The translations under genes were made by a program, and so were the position numbers. Positions 50,281 through 60,363 of a stretch of DNA of 64,000 nucleotides are shown here, piece by piece. Source of the DNA: an uncultured Desulfosarcina sp. GTDB taxonomy: Bacteria; Desulfobacterota; Desulfobacteria; Desulfobacterales; Desulfosarcinaceae. A model generated the notes under the pieces. That model was not told the DNA's origin, searched no databases, and saw nothing but the letters and a program-made list of their open reading frames with translations. The DNA lies in assembly GCA_963674945.2 (NCBI GenBank), contig CAXXWQ010000004.1, positions 2,656,001 through 2,720,000 of the forward strand. Direction: 5' to 3'. The first letter of the stretch is position 1. Each line of letters begins with the position of its first letter.

Positions 50281-50358
50281 TGGGCCAGACATTTCGACTA
50301 ATCGATGGATTCGCTAGCAAAACGCCTTCACCCAGTTGAATCGATGCACGATCACATA

Positions 50359-51330
50359 TCATCCATGGACATCCACGATGTCTTTGTCCTCGCTGAAGAG
50401 AGTAAATGACCTCTTGTGCGTTTTGAGGGCAACCAGATTTTCGTAGTGTATTACTCCGGGCATGTTGCCCAAATCCTTGGCCAGGAAATCGGACATCTGG
50501 GGTGGATTCTGAAAGTTTGTCCATATCATGCAGTCGAATGCGCCAAAGGTAAGGGCGACCAATTTCACTGGTGGCTGCATTTTCAACTCTTCGGTCAGCG
50601 TATTCAGGCTGGATGGGTTGGCGTGGATCAGCGTTATTCCGTTGGCTGCGTACCCAAAGGCGGTCGGATCGGGAATACAGAGAATTCGAACGATATCCTG
50701 CTCAAAAATTTTGTACAAACTGAAGCGCACAGATGAAAAACTCGCACCGATGCTCCTGGCAATTTCCTTTGCAGATGCTCTCGGGAATTCTTCCAGCCTC
50801 CTGATTACGGACAGGTCCAACGCTGTGGGAGTGAAGTTTGAATAAGAGGAAAAATTACCGAGATTCGTATGGGTCAAAAGAGCCCAGCTTCTCTTGATTG
50901 TCTTCGTCGACAACATGACCTCCACCCTGCCGCTCCCCAGAACACATCCGATCTCACCGGGAAATGAACGCATATACTCCTCGGGACTATGGTATAAGGC
51001 TAACGCCAAAAGGTCATAACGTCCCGCAGTAATACAAATGTATTTGATTCTATTGATGGAAGCCAGTTGCCTTGCCAATGCGTTCATCGTCCCTGGGGCG
51101 GCATTGATTCCCAAAACAACAAGGGACCTGAATCCCAATGCGACATAATTCAACATTGTGCCGATCATGACGACGCCTGAATCGACAAGTTTGTCAATCC
51201 TTCTGCGCACCGTGGGCGGCGATGTGCCTATCTTTGATGCAAGCGCCGCATAACTGACCCGGGCATTCTGTTCCAACTCTTGTACGAGCTTACTATCCAA
51301 TTCATCCAAGTTGTGAATATTTTTTTCCAT
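50359..51330 (-). CDS. Tandem (double) Lrp/AsnC family transcriptional regulator
   Basis: LDELD..LV.EL..NAR.SY..LA..IG.S..TVRRRI; second HTH plus RAM domain. Confidence 0.88.
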   Translation of the reverse strand: MEKNIHNLDELDSKLVQELEQNARVSYAALASKIGTSPPTVRRRIDKLVDSGVVMIGTMLNYVALGFRSLVVLGINAAPGTMNALARQLASINRIKYICITAGRYDLLALALYHSPEEYMRSFPGEIGCVLGSGRVEVMLSTKTIKRSWALLTHTNLGNFSSYSNFTPTALDLSVIRRLEEFPRASAKEIARSIGASFSSVRFSLYKIFEQDIVRILCIPDPTAFGYAANGITLIHANPSSLNTLTEELKMQPPVKLVALTFGAFDCMIWTNFQNPPQMSDFLAKDLGNMPGVIHYENLVALKTHKRSFTLFSEDKDIVDVHG

Positions 51331-51369
51331 GAACTCAATCAATTGTAGCCAATCGATCAGCCGGCTTCG

Positions 51370-51497
51370 AATCGCTTAACGAAGCATATCAGTTAATGTA
51401 TCCAACGACAGAAAGAAACAAATAAAGATATAATTCGTGCTGTTTTTAAGTGGTTACAAATTATACCGCGGTCTTTTCGGATTTGGCAATTAAAAAA
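51370..51497 (-). repeat. Non-coding module, partial copy 3
   Basis: aagcatatc, aataaa.a.ataattcgtgct, ggatttggcaat shared with copies 1/2. Confidence 0.65.
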
Positions 51498-51611
51498 GCC
51501 ATCGTCTTGCCGATCTTTCTCGGGAAATCGGTATGGAAAAGCGAACGTGCAGGCCTTAAAATCGTCGTTGGACAGTTGGCTTATTGAGATGGGAAAAAGA
51601 CTTGGAACGAT

Positions 51612-51719
51612 TTATCGCGAGTGCGCTTCCACGTATTTTTCGATCAGACTTCGAATCATTTGCTGATCGTTTACGCCGTGGTTTTCTGCCTCATGCTTAA
51701 AAAAATGGACGCAGTTTTG
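51612..51719 (-). pseudogene. C-terminal relic of a CopG/BrnA-like antitoxin
   Basis: CVHFFKHEAENHGVNDQQMIRSLIEKYVEAHSR*, no N-terminus. Confidence 0.5.
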
Positions 51720-51744
51720 GCCATCTTCGGGCTGGAAGTGCGTT

Positions 51745-52143
51745 TTATTTGACGACAACCATTTTTATATCGATGAGACCTGACTCCAAATTTCCGATGC
51801 TGCTGAAAGCCGATCGTGTGAGATCGATGATCCGTCCCTTAACAAACGGCCCCCTGTCATTGATCCGCACCAATACACTCTTGCCGTTTTTCACGTTTGT
51901 CACGTTTACCATCGTCCCAAAAGGCAATTCTCGATGCGCGGCCGTATGGGCTTCCTGATTCAGTCGCTCGCCGCTGGCGGTTTTTCGGCCATGATATTTC
52001 ATTGCATAATATGATGCTTTGCCCGATTTTTGATACCCGATCGATGCCGGCGTGCGTGTGGCGGTCGTATTGGCGCAGCCGATAAGTGCCGACACAATCC
52101 ATGGGACGAATAGATATACAAGTCTTTTCAATTTTTTCTCCAC
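51745..52143 (-). CDS. rlpA: RlpA family (DPBB) lytic transglycosylase lipoprotein
   Basis: GKASYY, TASGE, TAAHRELPFGT, RINDRGPF, RIIDL. Confidence 0.9.
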   Translation of the reverse strand: MEKKLKRLVYLFVPWIVSALIGCANTTATRTPASIGYQKSGKASYYAMKYHGRKTASGERLNQEAHTAAHRELPFGTMVNVTNVKNGKSVLVRINDRGPFVKGRIIDLTRSAFSSIGNLESGLIDIKMVVVK

Positions 52144-52162
52144 AATCTCGTGTGAATAGGGA

Positions 52163-52744
52163 TCAATCCGGAATGTCTAAATATCGGCGCGCCGTCCAAT
52201 AAGACTGGCGCCAATATTGATTTTGAAGGCTCGAGATGGTCACGCCGTTGCTGCTGGAGGCATGGGCAAATTCAGCACGGCTCAAATAGATTCCCACATG
52301 TCCCTTTTTATAGGAACTTTGAAAAAACACCAGGTCACCGGCACGCAGCTGCTTTTTGCCAACCGATCGACCCGATTTTACCAGAAGCTCCGTTGAGCGT
52401 GGAAGTTGCCGGCCGAAAACGTCCCGGTACAACCGGTTGACAAAACCCGAGCAGTCGATCCCCCGGTGCGTCATTCCGCCCATCAGGTGAGGTGTTCCTT
52501 CCCACTTTTTCACCTCTGACCGCAGCTTTTGTTCAACGGTACCGAAATCACTTGTCGCTGTTTTCGATCCCGTGATTTGCGGTTCAGGCTGAATCTTCCT
52601 TTGAGAATCGGAAGCATTGTTCTTTGCCTGATGGTAAGAAGGGCCGGCACATCCAGTCGCCATGATAAATGCGAACCCAATCAACAGCAACCACCGGTGC
52701 CACTCAGATCGATGATGTCCAAGGATGAGAGATTGATGCAACAT
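52163..52744 (-). CDS. NlpC/P60 family peptidase lipoprotein
   Basis: GIDCSGF, LPRS, GDLVFF, HVGIY, FAHASSS. Confidence 0.92.
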   Translation of the reverse strand: MLHQSLILGHHRSEWHRWLLLIGFAFIMATGCAGPSYHQAKNNASDSQRKIQPEPQITGSKTATSDFGTVEQKLRSEVKKWEGTPHLMGGMTHRGIDCSGFVNRLYRDVFGRQLPRSTELLVKSGRSVGKKQLRAGDLVFFQSSYKKGHVGIYLSRAEFAHASSSNGVTISSLQNQYWRQSYWTARRYLDIPD

Positions 52745-53127
52745 GATCTGTTAATCGGTAGTCACGGACCATTACTTGAGCATTCTCCTTTCTTGCTCGA
52801 CTTTCGGCATCCATTCCAAGCCCATGGAACCGTGCGATGTATGTCGTCATCTGTTGTTCCGACCAGGCGGTAAACGGGGACATTGTTTACAAGGTGTACA
52901 TAAATGAACAGATGGCAGGATCGGTTTCGAGGAGAATCCGGGAACGTTGTCACGCGGTATTCTCGGTCTTCCGGCAAATCGGCCTTTCGGTTGGTCGACG
53001 AGATGGCACTTCCTATCGCCCTTCCGATCAAATACAAAAAATTGTTTTTATTTAATAATTTAGGAATCCCGCAGATATTGCGAGGAGGGATTACGTATAG
53101 AAAGTTAACAACGTCCCGTAAACAATG

Positions 53128-53691
53128 TCATTTCGATAATGGCGGCAATTGAAGCGGATACTGCTTGCCGTAAAAAATTATCTTTGAACCTTGAATGACA
53201 TCATCCGCCACAATAAAAAGCTCTTTGTTTTCTTCCTGCAAATGCGGGGAAAGCGTTCTACCATAATAGGAACCCCAAATCGGTTTGGAAGGACTGGAAT
53301 CATAACTCGTACCAAACCCCATATTCGAAGATGAACCGGAACGATCAATCAGAGCAAACTCGGATCTTTTTAGGCTTTCTCTGATTGCCGAAGAATTTTT
53401 GAGACCATAGGAAACAATAACGAAAGAGTAGCCTTCGTCTGGTTCATATTCCACGATGACGGGTCGAAAACGTTCCATGTCAAATCTTTCGACAAAGTGT
53501 TGCGCCTCCTTGGTGACCTCCACATGCAGAACGGTAAATAAAAATGGGGACGATGTTGACTGTTCGAAAACCGGCTCTTTTTCCGGTGGATCCTGTTTTG
53601 CCGCCGTTCTGTCGGTTGTGCTGCAACCACATGCAAACACAACAATAAATAAAGAAAACACCACATTTTGGAGCAAGCTGTTATTGTTCAT
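53128..53691 (-). CDS. Hypothetical lipoprotein (DUF4352-like)
   Basis: Lipobox ACGC; FVIV...LKN...FALID pattern. Confidence 0.6.
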   Translation of the reverse strand: MNNNSLLQNVVFSLFIVVFACGCSTTDRTAAKQDPPEKEPVFEQSTSSPFLFTVLHVEVTKEAQHFVERFDMERFRPVIVEYEPDEGYSFVIVSYGLKNSSAIRESLKRSEFALIDRSGSSSNMGFGTSYDSSPSKPIWGSYYGRTLSPHLQEENKELFIVADDVIQGSKIIFYGKQYPLQLPPLSK

Positions 53692-54013
53692 TGTCAAATC
53701 TCCCGTGTTAATTTCCAAATAGGCATATGGCACCAATGGCTGTCCACGTCAACATCCCACTCGGGGAAAACGGCCTCTGTGTTTGTAAGCTATTGGTTCT
53801 GTATAAAGGTTGGATAAAGCCGAGTTAAAGATTTTATAAAAAAGGCTTTGTTAGCGTGTATGAATGAACGGGTTCCTTAGAAGACTGCAGGCGGGGAACA
53901 GATGATCAGCAGGAGTAGACCTGCTCTGCTTTTGCACAGATGAAAACCATGTCGTTACCATAGCTCGCTAACACCTGGTGACGACATGGTTGATATTTCG
54001 CTAAAAACCGGTC

Positions 54014-54042
54014 CCGCCCGGTGGGCTGTCCCCACCGGGTGG
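54014..54042. terminator. GC-rich hairpin downstream of the porin gene
   Basis: cccggtggg-ctgtc-cccaccggg. Confidence 0.5.
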
Positions 54043-54059
54043 AGAGACAAATATGGGAC

Positions 54060-55259
54060 TTAAAAACTGAAGGAAACCTTGGCGGCACCGTAGTACCAGT
54101 CCGACTCACTGAAGTTGTTGTCGATGTTATCTTGTCTGAGGACAATACCCGTGCCGTCCACGGCATGCCCTTCGAGTTTGAGAATCATGTACTCGTTGAT
54201 ATCGAAACGAAAGGACAGGGCCAGGTCTTTCTGCCAGGCACTGTGATCGGGCTCGCCCGCGGCCACCTTATCGTCGCCGTCCCGATCATCCTTGTCCGGG
54301 TAAACCACGGAATAGTAGGCGCCCAGCGTAAACCAGTCGGTAAACCTGTACGAAGCCATCAGGTAATAGCACTCCGATGTTTTTTCAGCCTGTTGGGACA
54401 TGATGCGGAACTCCGAATCCCTTTGGAAGTATTCGGCCACCAGCGTCAGATCATTCCACATGTATTCAGCGGAGCCGATGTGTATCTTGGAACCGTTCTC
54501 CATGGACGTCACCGCCGTGCCGTTCACACCCAGTTGCATCGTCTGATCCATCTTGAGATAAGAGTACCCTACGCGAAGGCCCGGCACAAATGTCTCCCAC
54601 CGGAGCGCACCGGCATAGGAGGTACTGGTTTCGGTATCCCCGATCGCTGCCACACCACGATCAGCCAAACCATCATTGATGAATTTGCTGATGCCACTGT
54701 TCGGGTCCGAATAGATGCCGCCGGTAAGGGCCTGGTATTCCAACCCGCCGACAGCGCCCAGGTCCACGTTACCGTATATGCCCACACCGTTCATGGCGAT
54801 GAGATAGTCCCGCAGCCAGTCGTTGTAAATTCCCTGTGGCAGAACGATACAGGTCCGCAGCATGTCCACGTCCCGGATTGTGTTGAACAACCCCATGGGG
54901 ATTTTGATTCTGCCGGCCTGGATCCCCAGCCAGTCCTGGAAGCGATAGTCGCCGTATGCCCAGTCCACCGTTATCTTGTTGTTGCTGGCATCCCCGATAT
55001 CCCGGCTGAATAACTGCATCCCCATGCGAAGCTTGTCGGTGAGGTTCTTGGAAAAGTTGATACCGAACTCGTTGTATTCAAAACTGCCGTCCTTGCTGTT
55101 GTGGGCCAGGTAGTTGTACTCATCGCTGTACAAAAAACCCTGGGAAATAAAACCGTGGATATCCACACCCCCCGTCGTCATGGCGCCTGCGGGCATTGCC
55201 AACATACCGAAGGCGGCAACCATGCAAAGCATAACCACACCAATATATTTCCGATTCAT
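54060..55259 (-). CDS. Outer-membrane beta-barrel (porin-like) protein
   Basis: Signal peptide, IHGFISQG, DWAYGDY, GRIKIPMGLFN..RD, C-terminal SFSF. Confidence 0.82.
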   Translation of the reverse strand: MNRKYIGVVMLCMVAAFGMLAMPAGAMTTGGVDIHGFISQGFLYSDEYNYLAHNSKDGSFEYNEFGINFSKNLTDKLRMGMQLFSRDIGDASNNKITVDWAYGDYRFQDWLGIQAGRIKIPMGLFNTIRDVDMLRTCIVLPQGIYNDWLRDYLIAMNGVGIYGNVDLGAVGGLEYQALTGGIYSDPNSGISKFINDGLADRGVAAIGDTETSTSYAGALRWETFVPGLRVGYSYLKMDQTMQLGVNGTAVTSMENGSKIHIGSAEYMWNDLTLVAEYFQRDSEFRIMSQQAEKTSECYYLMASYRFTDWFTLGAYYSVVYPDKDDRDGDDKVAAGEPDHSAWQKDLALSFRFDINEYMILKLEGHAVDGTGIVLRQDNIDNNFSESDWYYGAAKVSFSF

Positions 55260-55274
55260 CGATTCACTCCTTTC

Positions 55275-55721
55275 CTATTGCTGATTCATCACTTTTACAC
55301 CGGTCACATCGGCGGTGCCGGAAACATATCCGACGGCGCCATTATGACCGGCCACATAGGCGACCAACTCGCTTTCCGTGGCAAATGATTTCGGTGTTGC
55401 GCCTTTTCCCGTGAACACCATCTTTTTCCAGTAGGTGGAGAACTGGGCAGGCGTCTTTCTTACAAAGATCCTCAAAAATGCGTCGTGCGCGGAGCCATCG
55501 GAAAGGGCCACGAACTCGATGGGTCTTCCGTCGGACCATGATGTTGTCTTGCCCAGAAACACATTTTTAACCACTGCCGCATCCAGTGAATCTGTTGGCA
55601 CATTCTTGTTGGCAATGACGAGAACACCGCCCGCCACCACCGGCTGCCAGAGCGCCATGATGGCCAACCAAGACACCAGGCAGGCCATTGCCGTTCGCAA
55701 TAACAGATTCCTTTTTCGCAT
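55275..55721 (-). CDS. Small periplasmic PstS-like substrate-binding protein
   Basis: VIAN, VFLGK..W.DG, YW...VFTGKG..P, GAVGYV; adjacent to the porin. Confidence 0.8.
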   Translation of the reverse strand: MRKRNLLLRTAMACLVSWLAIMALWQPVVAGGVLVIANKNVPTDSLDAAVVKNVFLGKTTSWSDGRPIEFVALSDGSAHDAFLRIFVRKTPAQFSTYWKKMVFTGKGATPKSFATESELVAYVAGHNGAVGYVSGTADVTGVKVMNQQ

Positions 55722-56503
55722 CTTTCTTCCTCCCTTTGTTTGAATAAGTAAAAAACAGCACATCTGTCCGTTCACAAAAATTCAAAGTGATTTCCTATTG
55801 ACAATTTCTCCTATCATAAAATGAGAGATAATATGAGTAATTGGATTGGAGTTTGCTGGCTTTTGATATCGCTACGATTCAAAACTCTTAGAGGTATCGC
55901 TGGCCGGCAGATTTACTTCACCGGCGTTCCTGATGAATTGGGGTGCAATGGCTGGTGAGCAGTTCTCTTTTATGTATACCGCACCACTGCAATCTCTCAT
56001 CTGCGCGTTGAAGGCGGGCAGGAGTGCGTTGCTGCTCATGATTGTGGGAAAAGGGAATTTCGGCGATTTGAAAACAATGAATTTTGTTTTCCGTCCGAGG
56101 AATAAAACGGCCGCCACTGACAGGAAATATCCGATGATAAAAATTCTCATGCTGATCCACACCTCGCTTGATATCCGCTCCGATTCAATTGAAACGACAC
56201 AAAATTCACAACGCATCATGATCCACTCAACATAGCATGGTACAAACATGATCGCCTAAATGAGAGATAACTTTAGGCAACTTTAAAAATAAATTGAGAA
56301 AAACGAAAAAATCTCATTAAAGCACGGAAAAGTACTCAATTCGTTTCTGTTTTATGAAAAATTGAAACACATGAAAGTGAGCCCGCCTTGATGTTGTTCG
56401 AAGAAAGGGCTACATTTTTTATATTATTGACAGCATTACCGGATTGCATTTATGCGTTTTTCAGCGCCTTGCCTGTTACTTATCAACAAGGAGGTATGGG
56501 ATC

Positions 56504-56623
56504 GTGAAACTATTTGCTCTTTGCATAGGGATCGTTTTTGGTGTTTTTGCTATAGTGGTGTACGCGTATGGTCTTAGGCTCCGTATAAAAGAGTTAAGGA
56601 AAAAGCCGGATGAAAAGCAATAG
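56504..56623 (+). CDS. 39-aa single-TM small protein (below the ORF-track cutoff)
   Basis: AAGGAGGT 8 nt before GTG; MKLFALCIGIVFGVFAIVVYAYGLRLRIKELRKKPDEKQ. Confidence 0.6.
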   Translation: MKLFALCIGIVFGVFAIVVYAYGLRLRIKELRKKPDEKQ

Positions 56624-56791
56624 TCGATCGGGGAAAGTCATTTTACATTTTTATGGCGATACGGTCGCCTTATGCGGACTTGCATAATACCACATTGTGA
56701 TACTATGCCCGTTGTGTTAAAAATGATTCCTTTACAGATACTGTTTGCCGGTTTTATGATGATTTCGTTTTTACGGAAAGGAGTGCCTTAC

Positions 56792-57037
56792 ATGAATATC
56801 ACAATCACGGACCAAGATGGAAATGAACTGGAAATTACGTTGGACAGCGACGTCTCCCTGGTTGATACGACCAGCGATAGAGACAGCACGATAGCATGGT
56901 CTGAGCTCTCCGAAAACACCCAGGAGAAGCTCTATGAGCTGTCCGATCAGTGTGTCGAAGTTATGGAGGCTGTAAAATTTGAAGCGGCAAAGAACCTTGG
57001 CGACCTGTTGGAAGAGGAAGACATGGACGATGACTAA
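56792..57037 (+). CDS. Small acidic hypothetical protein
   Basis: AAGGAG RBS; MNITITDQDGNELEI... Confidence 0.7.
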   Translation: MNITITDQDGNELEITLDSDVSLVDTTSDRDSTIAWSELSENTQEKLYELSDQCVEVMEAVKFEAAKNLGDLLEEEDMDDD

Positions 57038-57245
57038 CCTCCCGTACCATATGAGCCAAACAGGGCCATTGGTCATTGATGAAATACGAAACGGTCCTTG
57101 GCGCGCAGGCGACACCCCCCTTTTTTGGACCCACATATTAGAATTGTCATCCCGAACGGCCACTGCGGCAGTTCCGTGATTCATGGGATCTATAAAACCT
57201 CACGGATGGAACGGGCGAGCCGATAGATATTGATTGGCTTTGAGA

Positions 57246-58130
57246 TCAGCGAGGATATCCCGGCTTTCTGGGCGGCCCTTTCCACCTCCTTGCTGATATA
57301 CCCCGATGTGAGGCCTGTTTGATACGCTTTGCAATCTCTATCCCCGTAATTTTTGGCATGGAATAGTCCGTGATGATCAGATCGAAATCATCCGGATTGT
57401 CGGTGATTGCCGCCAGTGCCTCCTGGCTGTCTGTAAAAACCCTTACACGGTATCCGATGTTCGTCAGGATCGTTTGCATAATATCGGTCAGTGCGGTTTC
57501 GTCATCGACCAGCGCGAGCTTTTCGGTTCCGCCCTGGATCGTCGAATTCAACTCGTGGAGATCCGATTCCACGGCATCGATTCTGGGAATGAGGATTAAG
57601 AAATCTTTTTGTTCAGCCCGATCTGCATGATAACTTCCGTTGAATGCCAGGTCACCTGTTCAATCATTTCCATCATATTTTGGATGGGCGTACTGATCCG
57701 GTGAAAATAAATGATGATCGTGCTGATGGTAATTACCAGAAAAATGATGCCGGCGAGGAAGATGGATGTCAGAATGCGGTTAACCGGGGCGGTTATCTCT
57801 TCCCGGCTCTGGGAAAAGACCACCGTCCAGCCGGTCAATCCTATACGGGCTGCGCCGGCAATCCGTCTCGAACCCTCGGACAAAAAATAAGCCGTGCCGG
57901 TTTTCTGCGATTTCACCATCCTCGCAAGTGCCTCGGCACCCGGCTGGTCAAAGAGCCGGTGTTTGAGTATGTAATCTTCCCGTGGATGGATCAGCACGAG
58001 TCCTTTAACATTGATGAGATAGGCACAACCTGTTTTAGAAAACTCTTTTTTGTCGTCTGTGTCCTCTATGAAAAAGCCGTGCATGATGAGACTTCGAAAG
58101 CAGATGAAGCCGTGTCACATGATACTTGCA
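57246..58130 (-). pseudogene. Collapsed hybrid sensor histidine kinase (Cache-TM fragment joined to a truncated receiver)
   Basis: KTGCAYLIN.KGLVLIHP Cache segment and TM, then out of frame GGTEKLALVDDE...FDLIITDYSMPKITG. Confidence 0.75.
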
Positions 58131-58257
58131 TTCGTATCCGAAGTGGCCTACTCTCCCATTGTTGTTCATCGAAATCCTTTTTTCTGCGATCTTTGCATGG
58201 GTCACCGAGGAAGGATTTCGTCTATTCCGGGAATTGTCAAACGGTGGGAGAAATCCG

Positions 58258-59172
58258 ATGGAAGAAGGAAAAGCGAGTCCAACTGCCGTCGCAGGAGCCA
58301 TTATGCGCGCGGCGCATCTGCTGCTGGACGATGAGCCGAAGGTTTTGCGCGATGAGTTCGCTCTGGGACTCAGCGGGATTGAAAGCAGCGCCGCATTGCA
58401 GGCAGTCATGGAGGGGATGATCGGCAAGGCATCGAAGTACACGACCGCTGAATTTGCGCAAAGCTTCGTCCGATACTTACGAGCGGAGGTGACGCAACGC
58501 AATCGATATGCGGAAGACGAACTGGCCAACGCCATCCAGGGTGGCATTGGACAATACGTCATCCTGGGTGCCGGACTCGACTCCTATGCGTATCGAAATC
58601 AAGCGCTTTCCGACAGGATACAGGTATTTGAAGTCGACCATCCGGCCACACAGCAATGGAAACTTGAAAGGTTGAATGCGCTGAAGGTGGAGATTCCGGC
58701 CAATGTGACGTTTGTACCATTGGATTTCGAGAGAAAGACACTGCGGGAAGGGCTGGAAGAGAGCGGCTACCGTTTGGAGACGCCCGGCTTCTTCTCGTGG
58801 ATCGCCGTCGTGCCGTATCTTACGGAAGATGCGATCTTCGGCACGCTGGGAGATATCGCATCCCTGGCCGCCGGAACCGAAGTTGTTTTTGAGTATGCAG
58901 TTCCCGATACGTTACTCAATGAAGAAGAGCGTCGTCCGGGCGCAGTGGCCAAAGCGATCGCATTGGAAGGTGGGGAACCGGCGTTCAGCTTTTTTCATCC
59001 AGCGACATTGCGGGAAAAAGTGCAAGCGCTGGGCTTCGATGTAATCGAGGATTTTGGCTCGGAGGATGCCAATGCACGCTATTTCTCCGGACGAAAGGAT
59101 GGACTTCGCGCTTTTCCTTCGTTTCACCTGATGAAAGCCCGTGTAGGCAGCAGCGCGCATTCATCGGCATGA
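58258..59172 (+). CDS. Class I SAM-dependent methyltransferase (LCM/TIGR00027-like)
   Basis: QYVILGAGLDS.AYR, VFEVDHPATQ.WK, V.LDF, PYLT. Confidence 0.9.
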   Translation: MEEGKASPTAVAGAIMRAAHLLLDDEPKVLRDEFALGLSGIESSAALQAVMEGMIGKASKYTTAEFAQSFVRYLRAEVTQRNRYAEDELANAIQGGIGQYVILGAGLDSYAYRNQALSDRIQVFEVDHPATQQWKLERLNALKVEIPANVTFVPLDFERKTLREGLEESGYRLETPGFFSWIAVVPYLTEDAIFGTLGDIASLAAGTEVVFEYAVPDTLLNEEERRPGAVAKAIALEGGEPAFSFFHPATLREKVQALGFDVIEDFGSEDANARYFSGRKDGLRAFPSFHLMKARVGSSAHSSA

Positions 59173-59387
59173 GCCCTTATACGGGTTTCGGAGAAGCGGC
59201 GACGGCGCTGCCCCAATGGCCCCGTTGACCATTCATCGCCAAAATACAAAAAAAGGGGGGGTCACGAAATAGAGCAAAACACCAGACCGCGCTTTCCTGT
59301 TCAATTGGATCGTAACGGACAGCCATTTTGATCGAACACAGTAAACCAACGAATCTTTTCTGTCTCTGTTAAAACGTTCCGTCTATT

Positions 59388-59466
59388 GCACAACGTGAAG
59401 TTCACCGGCGAGCTTCAGCGCGTCCAGTGGAGCATGGCAAAACGATGGTGAAACGGTTGGTCAGAA
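59388..59466 (-). mobile_element. attC-like site downstream of the MASE3 gene
   Basis: TTCTGAC-CAACC-GTT[T]CACC...GGTGAAC-TTCAC-GTTGTGC: canonical 5-nt spacers, L''/L' pairing with one extra base. Confidence 0.7.
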
Positions 59467-60363
59467 ACATATTATTCAGTTGATAAAAGATTAACTTTTT
59501 TCAAAATTCACCTTTGATTTTTCTTTTTTTTATACCATTCCTCATCTCCGTACATTTCATCCATGCAATCAGTACACAGACCATGACTAAATTTGATCTC
59601 AGAATGTTTGTGGAAATAGGTCTCAATTTGATTCCAATAGCCTTCATCATCTCTAATTTTCTTACATTTAGCGCAAATCGGCAATAGCCCACTCAGAGTT
59701 TTAACCTCGGCCAATGTTGCTTGCAATTTTTTGATGACTCTCTCTCGATGTTTCTCACTTCTAATTCGAGCTTCTATCTCTTTATTTAAATTTTTATTGG
59801 AAGTATCAAGTTCTTTAAAAATTATTTTGTATGGTTCTTGAATACCAATTTCTATAATTGCTTTGTAGATGAGGTAAAAAGAAAAGAGCTTGAAATAGTG
59901 GCCTACAATATTTGAAAGCCCGTAGTTGCTAATATAGAAAGTGAACGCTAATTCAGATACAATTGTGCAACAAATTGATAGTATTAGAAGACGGTAACTA
60001 TATAATTCAAATCGATTTTTGTTTCTGAAAAGTAAAAATAAGCTGATTATTAGATATAGACAGATTATATATTCGCTTATTTTCTTGAAAGCAGTTAGAC
60101 CTTTGCCATCCACAAAACACACTGGGAATAGTTTCCAGTGAAATATGCTCATAACCAAAACAATGGTGATAATCGTGTATGTTACAAAAACCTTCTCGGT
60201 GTTAAGTGCTTTATCAATTCTAAGGAAATAGAATGCCACCAGTAAGTAAGGGTCAAATAAACCCCATCTTCACATAGCCCAGATATTATGACATCATAGG
60301 CTTGGCAATGAAAATGTGTATGGGAGACGATTGTGAACCGGCCGGTAGAAAGTAAGAGAAGAA

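Noticed and set aside
52762..53037. Possible decayed 17-kDa surface-antigen-like gene
   Set aside because: Resemblance too faint to support a call
53750..53800. Possible c-di-GMP riboswitch upstream of the lipoprotein gene
   Set aside because: Lacks the GGCAAAC/GAAA/GCAAAGC consensus elements
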